From an uncultured Candidatus Binatia bacterium (lineage in GTDB: Bacteria; Desulfobacterota; Binatia; Bin18), in contig OZ241744.1 of assembly GCA_965200965.1 (NCBI GenBank), forward strand, positions 1,856,001 to 1,920,000: a DNA stretch of 64,000 nt, written 5' to 3'. The position numbers and the translations under genes are program-made. Of the stretch, positions 1 through 10,860 are shown in pieces. Position 1 is the first letter of the stretch. Each line of letters opens with the position of its first letter. Below the pieces are notes generated by a model. That model saw only the letters and a list, made by a program, of their open reading frames with translations. It was not told the DNA's origin and did not search any database.

Positions 1-2
1 TG

Positions 3-656
3 AGCTTTATCGCCTCAGCGACAACCCGTCTGCGGCTCGGCACCGGGGTCAATATCCTGCCTCAGACCAATCCCCTCTATCTGGCGAAATGGGCCTCCTC
101 AATCGATCACCTGTCCCAGGGACGCCTGATGCTCGGCCTGGGTGTTGGCTGGCTGCAAGAGGAGTTTGCCGCTCTTGGCGCGCCGTTTGCGCGTCGCGGC
201 AAACGCGCGGACGAGTACTTGGCCGCCCTGAAAGCCGTCTGGACCGGTCAAGAGGTTGATTTTCAGGGTGAATTTGTGCGCTGGCAGGGCTTTATGATGC
301 GCCCCGCACCGACCCAGGCCGGCGGTGTGCCGCTGGTCATTGGCGGGGTCAGCCCCCCCGCCATTCGACGCACCGTCCAGTACGGCAACGGCTGGTATGT
401 GATCGGCAAGGACGTGGAGGAGTACCAGGCACATATACGCGCACTCGACAAAGAATGTCGCCGGCAAAGACGCAATCGGGCCGAGCTTGAAATCACCGCC
501 TACTGGGACTATTACCGCCAAGGCATTGACAGCCTGCCGGTCTACCAGGAGCTGGGGGTGGACCGCCTGCTGATCAATGTCCATGCCCTGCGCGACACCA
601 GCGCTGAGGCGGCCTTGGAGCGCTTTGCCGACAAGGTGATCGCGAAGCAGGGCTAA
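3..656 (+). CDS. LLM-class (luciferase-like, probably F420-dependent) oxidoreductase, 5'-truncated by window edge
   Basis: Frame open from base 3: ATTRLRLGTGVNILP..NPLYLAK..SIDHLSQGRLMLGLGVGWLQEEF..RGKRADEY, typical LLM motifs. Confidence 0.85.
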   Translation, partial: SFIASATTRLRLGTGVNILPQTNPLYLAKWASSIDHLSQGRLMLGLGVGWLQEEFAALGAPFARRGKRADEYLAALKAVWTGQEVDFQGEFVRWQGFMMRPAPTQAGGVPLVIGGVSPPAIRRTVQYGNGWYVIGKDVEEYQAHIRALDKECRRQRRNRAELEITAYWDYYRQGIDSLPVYQELGVDRLLINVHALRDTSAEAALERFADKVIAKQG

Positions 657-730
657 AGGGGCGGTCCGGCCCGCCCGGTTGCGAGCCGGGCCCGAATCTG
701 CTGGCACCGTCCGCCACAAGAGGACCCGCC

Positions 731-1981
731 ATGGCGCGCCAGTTTGACATCCCAGACTTTTATACCAGCCCGATCATCTCACGGGTCAAAAAGGCGCGCC
801 AGCAGCAAGACCCGCGCAAACAAGACCTGAGCCCCAGCCTGCTTGACTTCGGTCCGGTGCGCTTTATTCTGGCCCGGCACTTCGGGTTTTGCTTTGGCGT
901 TGAGAATGCGGTGGAGATCGCCTACAAGACGCTGACCGCCCATCCAGACCGGCGCATCTTCTTTCTGAGCGAGATGATCCATAATCCCGACGTGAATCAG
1001 GATTTGCAGGATCGCGGGGTGCGTTTTTTGTTCTCCTCCTCGGGCCGGCAACTGATCGCCTGGGAGGAGCTGACCGCGGACGATATTGTGGTCGTCCCGG
1101 CTTTTGGCACGACGCTCGAAATCCAGACCAGCCTAGCCGCCCAGGGGCTTGACCCCTACACCTACAACACCACCTGTCCGTTCGTCGAACGGGTGTGGAA
1201 GCGCAGTGCGCAACTCGGCACCAAGCACTACACGGTTGTCATACACGGCAAAGCTGCCCACGAGGAAACCCGGGCGACCTTCTCCCATAGCGTCCAGAAT
1301 GCTCCGACTGTGGTTGTCCTGAACCTGCCCGAAGCCCGGCTGCTGGGTGATATCATCCGGGGACATTTCGGACCGGCGACCCGAAACGTCTTTTTCGACC
1401 ACTTTGGCCATAAATGCTCGCCGGGGTTTGACCCCGGCCGACACCTCGAACGGATCGGGGTGGTCAATCAAACCACCATGCTGGCCTCGGAAACACACGA
1501 AATCAGCCAAGTCCTGAGCCAAGCCCTGGCCGACCGCGACGGCCGGGACCGTTTGGCCGAGACCTTTGCCGACACCTCAGATACCCTGTGTTATGCGACC
1601 AACGAAAACCAGAACGCGACCTATGCGCTGATTGAGCACGGTGCCGACCTCGGTCTGGTTGTCGGCGGCTATAACTCCTCCAACACCTCCCATATTGTTG
1701 AACTGTGCCAGGCGGCCATGCCGACCTATTTCATCCAGAACGCCGACGACATTGTGTCCGCGGACACGGCCCGGCACTTTCTGTTGGACACCCACCATAT
1801 CACCCACACCACAGGCTGGCTGCCGGCCAGCCGTCCGCTCGATATCGCCCTGACCTGCGGGGCCTCGTGTCCTGACGCGGTGGTTGACCGGGTGTTGCTG
1901 CGCACCCTGTCTTTCTTTGAGCGCACCTATCCGATCGAGGACGTATTAGGACCCTTTGGACGAGAGCGGAGCGCGCCCTGA
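731..1981 (+). CDS. ispH: 4-hydroxy-3-methylbut-2-enyl diphosphate reductase (long form)
   Basis: FGFCFGVENA, IHNP, TCPFV, HEET, NQTT, LCYATNENQ, GGYNSSNT, GASCP motifs. Confidence 0.95.
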   Translation: MARQFDIPDFYTSPIISRVKKARQQQDPRKQDLSPSLLDFGPVRFILARHFGFCFGVENAVEIAYKTLTAHPDRRIFFLSEMIHNPDVNQDLQDRGVRFLFSSSGRQLIAWEELTADDIVVVPAFGTTLEIQTSLAAQGLDPYTYNTTCPFVERVWKRSAQLGTKHYTVVIHGKAAHEETRATFSHSVQNAPTVVVLNLPEARLLGDIIRGHFGPATRNVFFDHFGHKCSPGFDPGRHLERIGVVNQTTMLASETHEISQVLSQALADRDGRDRLAETFADTSDTLCYATNENQNATYALIEHGADLGLVVGGYNSSNTSHIVELCQAAMPTYFIQNADDIVSADTARHFLLDTHHITHTTGWLPASRPLDIALTCGASCPDAVVDRVLLRTLSFFERTYPIEDVLGPFGRERSAP

Positions 1982-1995
1982 GATTGTAAGCTGAT

Positions 1996-3957
1996 GTGAA
2001 AAAGATCACCGTCAACGACCCGGAGTCGCGCTCGGCTGACCTTATTGCCGAGAACCTGCACTATCTGAAGGCCCTGTTTCCCGAGGCATTCACCGAGGGC
2101 AAGCTTGACTTTGCGGTACTCGGGCAGCTTCTCGGCGGAGCGGTGGATGAAGGCGAGGAGAAGTACGGCCTCAACTGGCACGGCAAACGCCGGGCGCGCC
2201 AACTCGCGCTGACGCCTTCCACCGGCACCCTGCGCCCACGCCCAGAGGAAAGCCTTGACTGGGAGAGCACGCAGAATCTGATGATCGAAGGCGACAACCT
2301 TGAAGTGCTCAAACTCTTGCAGAAGAGCTACGCCGGAAAAGTGAAGCTCATCTACATTGACCCGCCCTACAACACAGGCAAGGACTTCATTTACCCGGAC
2401 GATTACCGCGACACCATGCAGAACTACCTGGCACTCACCGGCCAGATTGACGGCGACAACCGCAAGCTCTCCTCCAATATCGAAGCCTCGGGCCGCTTTC
2501 ACACCAACTGGCTGAACATGATGTACCCCCGCCTGAAAAGTGCCCGTAACCTGCTTTCGGATGAGGGTATAATCGCGGTAAGTATTGACGATAATGAATT
2601 CTCCAACGTTCGACATCTTTTGGATGAAATATTCGGAGGAGAAAATCTGATCGGCGAGGTATGTGCGTCGCTGAACCCAAAAGGCCGTCAGTTAGCACAG
2701 TTTTTCGCAACGTCACACGAATATCTGATATTATATGCAAAGCATATCGATCGGTGTGTTCTTAAAGCAAGTTCTACCGACGATATTAAACAATCAGACT
2801 TTCCTCACGAGGACGAACGAGGGTGGTATAGACGCCTCCCTCTCCGAAATACAAACAAGAAATTTACTCCGAATAATCGTCCTAACTTGTATTTCCCATT
2901 GTATGTTAATGAGACAACAGGAGCGGTCTTTTGTGATCCCAGCGCAGAATTGACAGAAGTCTATCCATCCTTCGGTGATGGAACCAACGCTGTATGGCGT
3001 TGGAGCAGAGAGAAGGCCCGTTCGGACTCCGGCAAGCTATGTGGACGACTGATCAAAGGTTATACGGGTAACCGTTGGGATATTGAGCAAAAAGATTATC
3101 TAACTGAAGGCCGAACAAAAAAGATCAAGACTGTCTGGCTTGCAAGCGAGGTCGGGTCTACTGACTCAGCCGTGGCAGAAGTCAAAGAGTTAATTGGGCT
3201 GGCCTTCGACTCCCCAAAGCCAACAGGGTTGCTCAAGCGACTGATCCTAATGATGCCCGAGGACTCAATCATGGTTGACTTTTTCGCGGGATCGGGGACC
3301 ACAGGCCACGCGGTGATGGATCAAAACGCTGCGGACAGTGGCAACCGTCGCTATATTCTTGTTCAGTTCCCCGAACCACTTGATCCAACAAACAAGGACC
3401 AGAAAGCCGCCGCCGACTTTTGCGATACGCTCGGCAAGCCGCGCATTATCGCCGAACTGACCAAAGAACGCCTTCGCCGCGCCGCCTCGAAAATCACAAA
3501 CGACCATCCGTCGTTTGCCGGCGACCGTGGCTTCCGCGTCTTCAAGCTCGATAGCTCCAACCTTCGCGCCTGGGAGCCGGACCGCGATGACCTGGAAAGA
3601 ACCCTGCTTGACAGCGTTGAGCACATCAAACCGGACCGAAGCGAGCAGGATATTCTCTACGAGTTGCTGCTCAAGCTCGGCCTTGACCTGTGCGTCGCCA
3701 TCAAGACCCGGACGATTGCCGGCAAGACCGTGTACACAGTCGATGCCGGTGCGTTGATCGCCTGCCTTGACGAGAGTATCGCCAGGCAGCAAGTCGAACC
3801 CTTGGCCCTCGGCATTATCGGCTGGCATGGCGAACTGTCGTCCGCCGGCGACACGACCGTCATCTTCCGTGACAGCGCCTTTGCAGACGACATAGCCAAA
3901 ACCAACATGGCGGCCATACTGGAGCAGTACGGGTTGGGGAACGTGCGGAGCCTGTAA
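1996..3957 (+). CDS. mod: Type III RM system DNA methyltransferase (Mod)
   Basis: IEGDNLEVLKLL, IYIDPPYNTG, DFFAGSGTTGHAV; GTG start; directly upstream of res. Confidence 0.95.
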   Translation: MKKITVNDPESRSADLIAENLHYLKALFPEAFTEGKLDFAVLGQLLGGAVDEGEEKYGLNWHGKRRARQLALTPSTGTLRPRPEESLDWESTQNLMIEGDNLEVLKLLQKSYAGKVKLIYIDPPYNTGKDFIYPDDYRDTMQNYLALTGQIDGDNRKLSSNIEASGRFHTNWLNMMYPRLKSARNLLSDEGIIAVSIDDNEFSNVRHLLDEIFGGENLIGEVCASLNPKGRQLAQFFATSHEYLILYAKHIDRCVLKASSTDDIKQSDFPHEDERGWYRRLPLRNTNKKFTPNNRPNLYFPLYVNETTGAVFCDPSAELTEVYPSFGDGTNAVWRWSREKARSDSGKLCGRLIKGYTGNRWDIEQKDYLTEGRTKKIKTVWLASEVGSTDSAVAEVKELIGLAFDSPKPTGLLKRLILMMPEDSIMVDFFAGSGTTGHAVMDQNAADSGNRRYILVQFPEPLDPTNKDQKAAADFCDTLGKPRIIAELTKERLRRAASKITNDHPSFAGDRGFRVFKLDSSNLRAWEPDRDDLERTLLDSVEHIKPDRSEQDILYELLLKLGLDLCVAIKTRTIAGKTVYTVDAGALIACLDESIARQQVEPLALGIIGWHGELSSAGDTTVIFRDSAFADDIAKTNMAAILEQYGLGNVRSL

Positions 3958-3961
3958 GGCC

Positions 3962-6931
3962 ATGCAACTCCACTTCGAGCCCAACCTTGACTTTCAACTC
4001 CAGGCCATAGAGGCGGTCTGCGATCTGTTTCGGGGCCAGGAGATATGCCGGACCGAGTTCACCGTCACCCGTGGCCCGGTGGGACACCAAGCGCGTCTCG
4101 CTTTTCCCGAAAACGAGCTTGGCGTCGGCAACCGGCTGTCCCTGCCCGATGGTGCAATCCTCACCAACCTGCACGCCGTCCAACTCCGCAACGGCTTGCC
4201 GCCCTCGCCGGCCCTGGACTCCGGCGACTTCACCGTGGAGATGGAGACAGGGACCGGCAAGACCTATGTCTACCTGCGGACGATCTTCGAGCTGAACAGG
4301 CGCTACGGCTTCACCAAGTTCGTCATCGTCGTGCCGTCGGTGGCGATTAGAGAGGGCGTCTATAAATCGCTCCAGATAACGGACGCCCACCTTCGGGCCC
4401 TCTATGCGGGAACGCCCTGTGAGTATTTCCTCTACGACTCGGCCAAACTGGGGCAGGTGCGGAACTTTGCCACCAGCCCACACCTCCAGATCATGGTGGT
4501 GACGGTCGCCGCCATCAACAAGAAGGCCGTCAACACCCTCTACAGGGACAGTGAGAAGACCGGCGGCGAGAAGCCGATTGACCTTATCCGGGCCACCCGG
4601 CCCGTCCTGGTCGTGGACGAGCCGCAGAGCGTAGACGGTGGTCTGGGCGGGCGTGGCAAAGAAGCTCTGGCGGCCATGCAGCCGCTCTGCACCTTACGCT
4701 ACTCGGCGACACACGCCGACAAGCACCACATGGTCTATCGGCTTGACGCCGTGGATGCCTATGAACGCAAGCTGGTGAAGCAGATCGAGGTGGCCTCGGC
4801 TACAGTCGAAGCCGCCCACAACACGCCCTATGTCCGCCTGGTGTCAACAAGGAATCGGCGGGGCACCGTCAGCGCCACGGTCGAGCTTGACCTTGAGGCG
4901 GCTGGAAAAGTCCGCCGCCGGGAAAAAATGGTCCAGGACGGCGACCATCTCGAACACACCACCAGGCGGGCCGTCTATCGTGATTGCCGCATTGGCGAGA
5001 TTCGGGCCGAGAGAGGAAACGAGTTTATCGAACTCCGTGTGCCCGGCGGCGAGCACTACCTCCGCTTGGGAGAAGCCTGGGGGGATGTAGACATCCTCGC
5101 CGTCCAGCGCGAAATGATCCGCCGGACCATCCGCGAGCATCTTGACAAAGAGAAGCATCTGCACCCACAGGGGATCAAGGTGCTCAGCCTGTTCTTCATT
5201 GATGCGGTAGACCGTTACCGCCGGTACAACGAGGAGGGGCAGCCGGTCAGGGGAGACTACGCCCAAATCTTTGAGGAGGAGTATCGGCGGCTGGTCGCTC
5301 ATCCAGACTACCGGCCCCTGATTGAAGACAGCGCTGTTGAGGATGTGCATAAGGGCTACTTCTCCATTGACAAAAAGAGCGGCTGGACCGACACCGCGGA
5401 GAACACCCAGACCAACCGCGACAACGCTGAACGCGCCTACAATCTGATCATGAAAGACAAGGAAAAACTCTTGAGCCTGAATACGCCCCTCAGGTTCATC
5501 TTCTCCCATTCGGCGCTGCGCGAGGGCTGGGACAACCCCAATGTCTTCCAGATCTGCGCGCTGCGCGATATGCGGACCGAGCGAGAGCGGCGGCAGACGA
5601 TTGGTCGCGGCCTGCGCCTGTGCGTCAATCAGCAGGGCGAGCGGGTGCGCGGCTTCGAGGTCAATACGCTCACCGTTGTGGCCACCGAGAGCTATGAGGA
5701 GTTTGCCGAACGCCTGCAACAGGAGCTTGAGACTGACACCGGGCTCCGCTTCGGCGTTCTGGATGTGCATCAGTTTGCTGCCATTCCGGTCGCCGGTCAA
5801 GACGGCCAGACCGCGGCGCTTGGCCGTGCGGCGTCGAAGATGCTTTGGGCCCACCTGAAGGCAGCCGGCCATATTGACGGTCAGGGGAGGATACAAGACT
5901 CCCTCCGCCAGGCGCTCAAGGACGGGACATTCCGCCTTCCCGATCAGTTTGCCGCTCAGCAGGTGCAGGTTACCGACATTCTGCGGAAGCTCGCCGGACG
6001 CCTTGCGATCAAAAATGCCGACGAACGCCGGCCGGTCCGCCCGCGTCAGGCCGTGCTCCACAGCCCAGAGTTCAAAGCATTGTGGGACCGCATCAAGCAC
6101 AAGACCACCTACCGGGTAGTGTTCGATAATGAGAACCTGCTTGCCCGGTGTATCGAGGCATTGCGGGACGCACCGGCGATACCACGGCCCCGGCTCCAGT
6201 GGCGCAAGGCCAACATCGCCATCGGCCAGGCAGGCGTGGAGGCGAACGAGACAAGCGGAGCGGCAAGCGCGGCGCTGGAAGAGGCGGATACCGCTCTACC
6301 CGATGTGCTGACTGAGCTTCAGAACCGGACGCAGCTGACGCGGCGCAGCATTCAGACCATGCTGTGCCAGAGCGGCCGCCTCGAAGACTTCAAGCGCAAT
6401 CCCCAGCAGTTCATTGAGTTGGCTGCCCAGGCCATTAACCGCCGTAAGCAGCAAGCCCTCGTAGACGGCATCAAGTATCAGCGTATCGGGGACGAATGCT
6501 GTTATGCCCAGGAACTCTTTGAGACGGCAGAACTGAGCGGCTATCTGAAGAACCTGCTCAACACCACAAAGTCGGTCTACGAGCAGGTTGTTTATGAATC
6601 GAACACCGAGCGCAGTTTTGCCGACCAGCTTGAGAAGAACAGCGCGGTCAGGGTATACGCCAAGCTCCCCGGATGGTTCACCGTGTCAACACCCCTCGGC
6701 AGCTATAACCCGGACTGGGCAATCGTGATGGCTTCCGAGGAAGGCGAGCGGCTCTACCTTGTGGTCGAGACAAAGAGCAGCCTGTTCAGCAGCGATCTGC
6801 GCAGTATCGAGAACGCCAAAATTGCGTGTGGCAAGGCGCACTTCAACGCCCTCAAGGTGAGGGAGTCGCCGGCCCACTATACGGTGGCGACCGGCGTTGA
6901 CGAACTCCTGGCAAGAATTCAAGCGAACTGA
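3962..6931 (+). CDS. res: Type III RM system restriction endonuclease (Res)
   Basis: EMETGTGKT Walker A, VDEPQ, SALREGWDNPNVFQIC, QTIGRGLRL, C-terminal NPDWA..VETK nuclease motif. Confidence 0.95.
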   Translation: MQLHFEPNLDFQLQAIEAVCDLFRGQEICRTEFTVTRGPVGHQARLAFPENELGVGNRLSLPDGAILTNLHAVQLRNGLPPSPALDSGDFTVEMETGTGKTYVYLRTIFELNRRYGFTKFVIVVPSVAIREGVYKSLQITDAHLRALYAGTPCEYFLYDSAKLGQVRNFATSPHLQIMVVTVAAINKKAVNTLYRDSEKTGGEKPIDLIRATRPVLVVDEPQSVDGGLGGRGKEALAAMQPLCTLRYSATHADKHHMVYRLDAVDAYERKLVKQIEVASATVEAAHNTPYVRLVSTRNRRGTVSATVELDLEAAGKVRRREKMVQDGDHLEHTTRRAVYRDCRIGEIRAERGNEFIELRVPGGEHYLRLGEAWGDVDILAVQREMIRRTIREHLDKEKHLHPQGIKVLSLFFIDAVDRYRRYNEEGQPVRGDYAQIFEEEYRRLVAHPDYRPLIEDSAVEDVHKGYFSIDKKSGWTDTAENTQTNRDNAERAYNLIMKDKEKLLSLNTPLRFIFSHSALREGWDNPNVFQICALRDMRTERERRQTIGRGLRLCVNQQGERVRGFEVNTLTVVATESYEEFAERLQQELETDTGLRFGVLDVHQFAAIPVAGQDGQTAALGRAASKMLWAHLKAAGHIDGQGRIQDSLRQALKDGTFRLPDQFAAQQVQVTDILRKLAGRLAIKNADERRPVRPRQAVLHSPEFKALWDRIKHKTTYRVVFDNENLLARCIEALRDAPAIPRPRLQWRKANIAIGQAGVEANETSGAASAALEEADTALPDVLTELQNRTQLTRRSIQTMLCQSGRLEDFKRNPQQFIELAAQAINRRKQQALVDGIKYQRIGDECCYAQELFETAELSGYLKNLLNTTKSVYEQVVYESNTERSFADQLEKNSAVRVYAKLPGWFTVSTPLGSYNPDWAIVMASEEGERLYLVVETKSSLFSSDLRSIENAKIACGKAHFNALKVRESPAHYTVATGVDELLARIQAN

Positions 6932-6956
6932 CCGTAGTCCCAGGCGAGCAGAGACA

Positions 6957-9410
6957 ATGAAACCTGGTGGTGTACAAGCCTTTGTTCTAAGCCTCCTGGC
7001 CACCGTCCTCAGTCTCCCGCTCCCCGCTCCCCGGGCCGAGGAGCACAGCTCCACCGTGCAGGTCCCCGGCCTCAACGAAGCGGTCGAAATCCTTACCGAT
7101 CGCTGGGGCGTCGCTCACATCTACGCGACAAATCAGGACGACCTGTTCTTTGCCCAGGGCTATAACGCCGCCCGTGAGCGTCTTTTTCAGCTCGAAATCT
7201 GGCGTCGTCGGGTGACTGGCACAATGGCCGAGATTCAAGGCCCCAAGGCCCTTGATCGCGACATTGGTGCCCGCCTGCTGCGACCTCGCCTCGACCTGCG
7301 CCTCGAGATGTACCACTATCACCCCCAGGGTGAGCAGATCATCACCGCTTTTGTCAGAGGCCTCAACGCCTACATCGGACACACCCAACGGCAGCCCGAA
7401 CTCCTGCCCGTCGAGTTCCGCCTGCTCGGCATCAGGCCCCAAGCCTGGACCCCGGACATCGTGGTGTCTCGCTTGGGCGGTATTTTTCTGAACCTCCAGA
7501 CCGAACTGCGCATAGCGCGTGTCCTGCCCAGCCTCGGACCGGACACAACGCGCGAGATGTTGAACCTGCACCCCGGCAAGCCCGACCTGAGCGTTGTCGA
7601 GGGCCTTGATCTCAGGGCCATACCGGCCGATGTCGGCACCTACTATACCGCCGCCCGCCAGCGGGTGGAGTTTCAGTCCGAGGACATTGTTATGCCGGCC
7701 GCCCGGGCCACGCTCTCCCCAGCCTCCTCCACAGGCCAGCGTGTGCCGACCGAAGGAGAGGGCAGCAACAACTGGGTCGTTGCCGGCTCCCACACCCTGA
7801 GCCGTCAGCCCTTTATGGTCAACGATCCGCACCGGGCTGTCACCGCCCCGTCGCTCCGCTACTGGGTCCACCTCGTCGCTCCGGGCTGGAATGTGATTGG
7901 CGGCGGTGAGCCGCATCTGCCCGGCGTGTCAATCGGCCACAACGAATACGGGGCCTGGGGGCTGACCATCTTTCCCACCGACGCAGAAGACCTGTATGTG
8001 TACGAGACCAACCCCGACAATCCAAACCAGTACCGCTATCGGGGCGAATGGCACAATATGCGGGCCTACACGGAGACGATCCAGGTCAAAGGCCAAGAGC
8101 CGGTCAGGGTTGAACTGCGCTACACCCGCCACGGCCCTGTCCTGAAGGCCGACCCGGACACCCACCGCGCCTATGGTCTGCGGGCCGCCTGGCTGGAGGT
8201 TGGCGGTGCGCCGTATCTGGCCAGTCTGCGTATGGACCAAGCCAAAAACTGGGAAGAGTTTCGGGAGGCCTGCGCCTATTCCCGCGCGCCCTCGGAAAAT
8301 ATGGTCTGGGCCGATGTGGAGGGAAACATCGGCTGGCAGGCTGTCGGCATTGTTCCCCTGCGGCCGAACTGGAGTGGCCTGTTGCCGGTTCCGGGCGACG
8401 GCCGGTTCGAGTGGGACGGCTATCTGCCGATCACCCAACTGCCGCATGTCTTCAACCCGCCCCAGGGCTTCTGGGCCACCGCCAACCAGGAAAATCTGCC
8501 GCCCGACTACCCCCACCCGATCAGCTATTTCTGGATCGCGCCCTACCGTTTCGCCCGTGCGCAGGAGGTCTTGGGCGGCGGCAGGAACTTCACCACTATG
8601 GACATGATGCGGCTGCAAAACGACGAACTGTCCATTCCCGCCCGAACGCTCGTCCCCCTGCTGAACGGTCTTCGCTCCGACCGACCGCTGGTCCAGCAGG
8701 CTCTGGAAAGACTGCTGGCCTGGGATTATGTCCTGGCCAGAGACTCAGTCGCCGCCGGCATCTACGCGGCTTGGCAGGAGCGGCTGTGGCGGAACTTTCT
8801 TGACCGCCAAGTTCCCCCGGCCCTGCACGAGCACTTTCCCGCTATCGTTCTCCAGCCCGTCATCAACAGTCTGCTGGCCCCAGACAGCCGCTACGGCCAG
8901 GACCCTGCCGCCGGCCGCGACCAGTTCATCCTGCTCAGCCTGGAGCAAGCCGTCCGGAACCTGACCGATCGCTTTGGTCCTGAGCCACGGGCCTGGACCT
9001 ACGGCCAAGCCCAGTATCATCATATCCTGATGCGCCATCCGCTCAGCCGGGCGGTCAACCCCGCATATGCCAAACGCTTTGAGGTCGGTCCCATCGCCCG
9101 GGGCGGGGATGGGTATACGCTCAACAATACCGACAACAATGCCGCCCAACAGACCGGCGCATCCTTTCGGATTATTGCCGACCTGTCAGACTGGGACCGC
9201 TCGCTTGGCATCAATGCGCCCGGCCAGTCCGGCAACCCGGACGACCCGCACTACCGCGATCTGGTCCCGCTGTGGGCGGAGGGCAAATACTTTCCCCTCC
9301 TGTACTCCCGCGACAAAATTGAAGCCGTCAGCCACCGCCGGACCGTGCTGCGCCCAGCGGAAGACGGCCCCCGCGGCGAGGGATCAGGGACGGGTGATGA
9401 GCCGGACTGA
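6957..9410 (+). CDS. Penicillin acylase family Ntn-hydrolase, exported
   Basis: Signal peptide, DRWGVAHIYA, G|SNNWVV autocleavage site, NDPH, PGQSGNPDDPHYRD. Confidence 0.92.
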   Translation: MKPGGVQAFVLSLLATVLSLPLPAPRAEEHSSTVQVPGLNEAVEILTDRWGVAHIYATNQDDLFFAQGYNAARERLFQLEIWRRRVTGTMAEIQGPKALDRDIGARLLRPRLDLRLEMYHYHPQGEQIITAFVRGLNAYIGHTQRQPELLPVEFRLLGIRPQAWTPDIVVSRLGGIFLNLQTELRIARVLPSLGPDTTREMLNLHPGKPDLSVVEGLDLRAIPADVGTYYTAARQRVEFQSEDIVMPAARATLSPASSTGQRVPTEGEGSNNWVVAGSHTLSRQPFMVNDPHRAVTAPSLRYWVHLVAPGWNVIGGGEPHLPGVSIGHNEYGAWGLTIFPTDAEDLYVYETNPDNPNQYRYRGEWHNMRAYTETIQVKGQEPVRVELRYTRHGPVLKADPDTHRAYGLRAAWLEVGGAPYLASLRMDQAKNWEEFREACAYSRAPSENMVWADVEGNIGWQAVGIVPLRPNWSGLLPVPGDGRFEWDGYLPITQLPHVFNPPQGFWATANQENLPPDYPHPISYFWIAPYRFARAQEVLGGGRNFTTMDMMRLQNDELSIPARTLVPLLNGLRSDRPLVQQALERLLAWDYVLARDSVAAGIYAAWQERLWRNFLDRQVPPALHEHFPAIVLQPVINSLLAPDSRYGQDPAAGRDQFILLSLEQAVRNLTDRFGPEPRAWTYGQAQYHHILMRHPLSRAVNPAYAKRFEVGPIARGGDGYTLNNTDNNAAQQTGASFRIIADLSDWDRSLGINAPGQSGNPDDPHYRDLVPLWAEGKYFPLLYSRDKIEAVSHRRTVLRPAEDGPRGEGSGTGDEPD

Positions 9411-9580
9411 CATGGGCCGGGCGGCTTTTTTTGGCTTGCTCCCGCGCTGCTCCTCAGTGCGCTGGGTATGTGCAGCGCACCTCCCCGACCGCGCGCCGGT
9501 GCCTTGGGCATGAACGATTTTCTGCTGGCCTTCAACGCCTACCACACCGCCCGGACCTGTCTCGAACAAGGCTGTCACCG

Positions 9581-9629
9581 AGAAGTGAACGCGTCGCCTT
9601 CCGGTCGATCTGATGACACGTTCCCTCCT
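9581..9629. repeat. Degenerate copy of ~49-bp palindromic element (AGGAGTGAAC...GTTCACTCCT family), intergenic
   Basis: agaagtgaacgcgtcgccttccggtcgatctgatgacacgttccctcct aligns with copies at 52147, 58221, 58360 and 60131. Confidence 0.8.
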
Positions 9630-9645
9630 TCCGAGGCGAAACCCC

Positions 9646-10860
9646 TCAGATCACTTCCCGCTCTCTGAGCTGACCGACCTGTTCCCAGGAATAGCTCAAG
9701 AGATCAATCAGAATCTGCTCCGTGTGCTCCCCAAACTCGGGTGCCGGTGCCTTGGGATCGGCCGGCGTTTGGCTCAGGATGAGCGGCGAGCCTACAATTT
9801 TGCTCGGCCCCCAGGACGGATGATCATAATCAACCACATAGTCGTTGTCGATCATCTGCTGATCGTCGGGCAGATCGTTGATGCTGTTGACGATGGTATA
9901 GATGAAGTCACCGCCGTTTTTCAGGATGGTCATCCACTCATCGCGGGGTTTCGTGGCCCAGATCTCGTCCAGAATGCCGATCAACTCCTTGGCGTGTTTG
10001 CCCCTCACCCGCATGGTCTCAAAACGGGGGTCTTTCTCAAGATGGGCAATACCCAGCGCCTTGCAGAAATCCGACCAGTACCGGTCGGCCTGCGGCATGG
10101 CCAGACAGAGCCACTTGTCATCCCGACACTTGTAATGATTCCAGAGCGGGTTGACCGCCTCGGTCCGATAGAAGCGCTTGAACTCTTTGCCCAGGGTCAG
10201 CCGACAGGCCAGATTCAAGCCCTGGAGGGCCATCATGCTGCCGAGGTGGGAGGTGTTCACCTCCTGGCCGACGCCCAGGCGTTCGCGCGCCAGCAGTGCC
10301 ACTACAATCCCGTGGGCGAGCATGATCGCGCCCATCTGGTCGGCGAGCCCGCCGGTGATATTCATCGGGTCCATGTCCGGCTCCCCGACCGCATTCATGA
10401 TCCCGGACCGGGCCAAGCCCATGTAGTCAAACGACGGCTCGCCGGAGTCCGGTCCATTGGGGCCGTAGCCGGTCGCGCTGGCGTAAATCAGCCGGGGATT
10501 GTGGCGGGACAGAGTCGAGTAATCAACGCCGAGCTTGGCGGCCACCCCTTTGCGGAAATTCTGGACAAACACATCGGATTGTTTGACCAGCTGATAGACG
10601 ATCTCGCGGGCCTCGGGTTTTTTGAGGTTAAGGGTCAGGCTCTTTTTCTGCCGGTTGTTGGCCTCAAAGTAGTAGTTGCGTTTTGTGCCGCCGGTCTTGC
10701 TGCCGGCAATCTGCATCACCCCACGCCCCGGGTCACCCCCGACCCGCTCTTCAATCTTAATCACCTCGGCCCCCAGGTCGCCGAGCATCATGGTTGCCAC
10801 CGGTCCCTGCTGAAAAATCGTCCAGTCCAGCACCCGGATACCATCCAGCGGTCTCGCCAT
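9646..10860 (-). CDS. CaiB/BaiF class III CoA-transferase
   Basis: PLDGIRVLD, GDLGAEVIKIE, NRQKKSLTLNLK, DVFVQNFR, APEFGEHT; AAGGAGG RBS before ATG 10860. Confidence 0.93.
   Translation of the reverse strand: MARPLDGIRVLDWTIFQQGPVATMMLGDLGAEVIKIEERVGGDPGRGVMQIAGSKTGGTKRNYYFEANNRQKKSLTLNLKKPEAREIVYQLVKQSDVFVQNFRKGVAAKLGVDYSTLSRHNPRLIYASATGYGPNGPDSGEPSFDYMGLARSGIMNAVGEPDMDPMNITGGLADQMGAIMLAHGIVVALLARERLGVGQEVNTSHLGSMMALQGLNLACRLTLGKEFKRFYRTEAVNPLWNHYKCRDDKWLCLAMPQADRYWSDFCKALGIAHLEKDPRFETMRVRGKHAKELIGILDEIWATKPRDEWMTILKNGGDFIYTIVNSINDLPDDQQMIDNDYVVDYDHPSWGPSKIVGSPLILSQTPADPKAPAPEFGEHTEQILIDLLSYSWEQVGQLREREVI

Noticed and set aside
1996-3957. Phase-variable mod via simple sequence repeats
   Set aside because: No tandem short repeat tract seen in or before the gene
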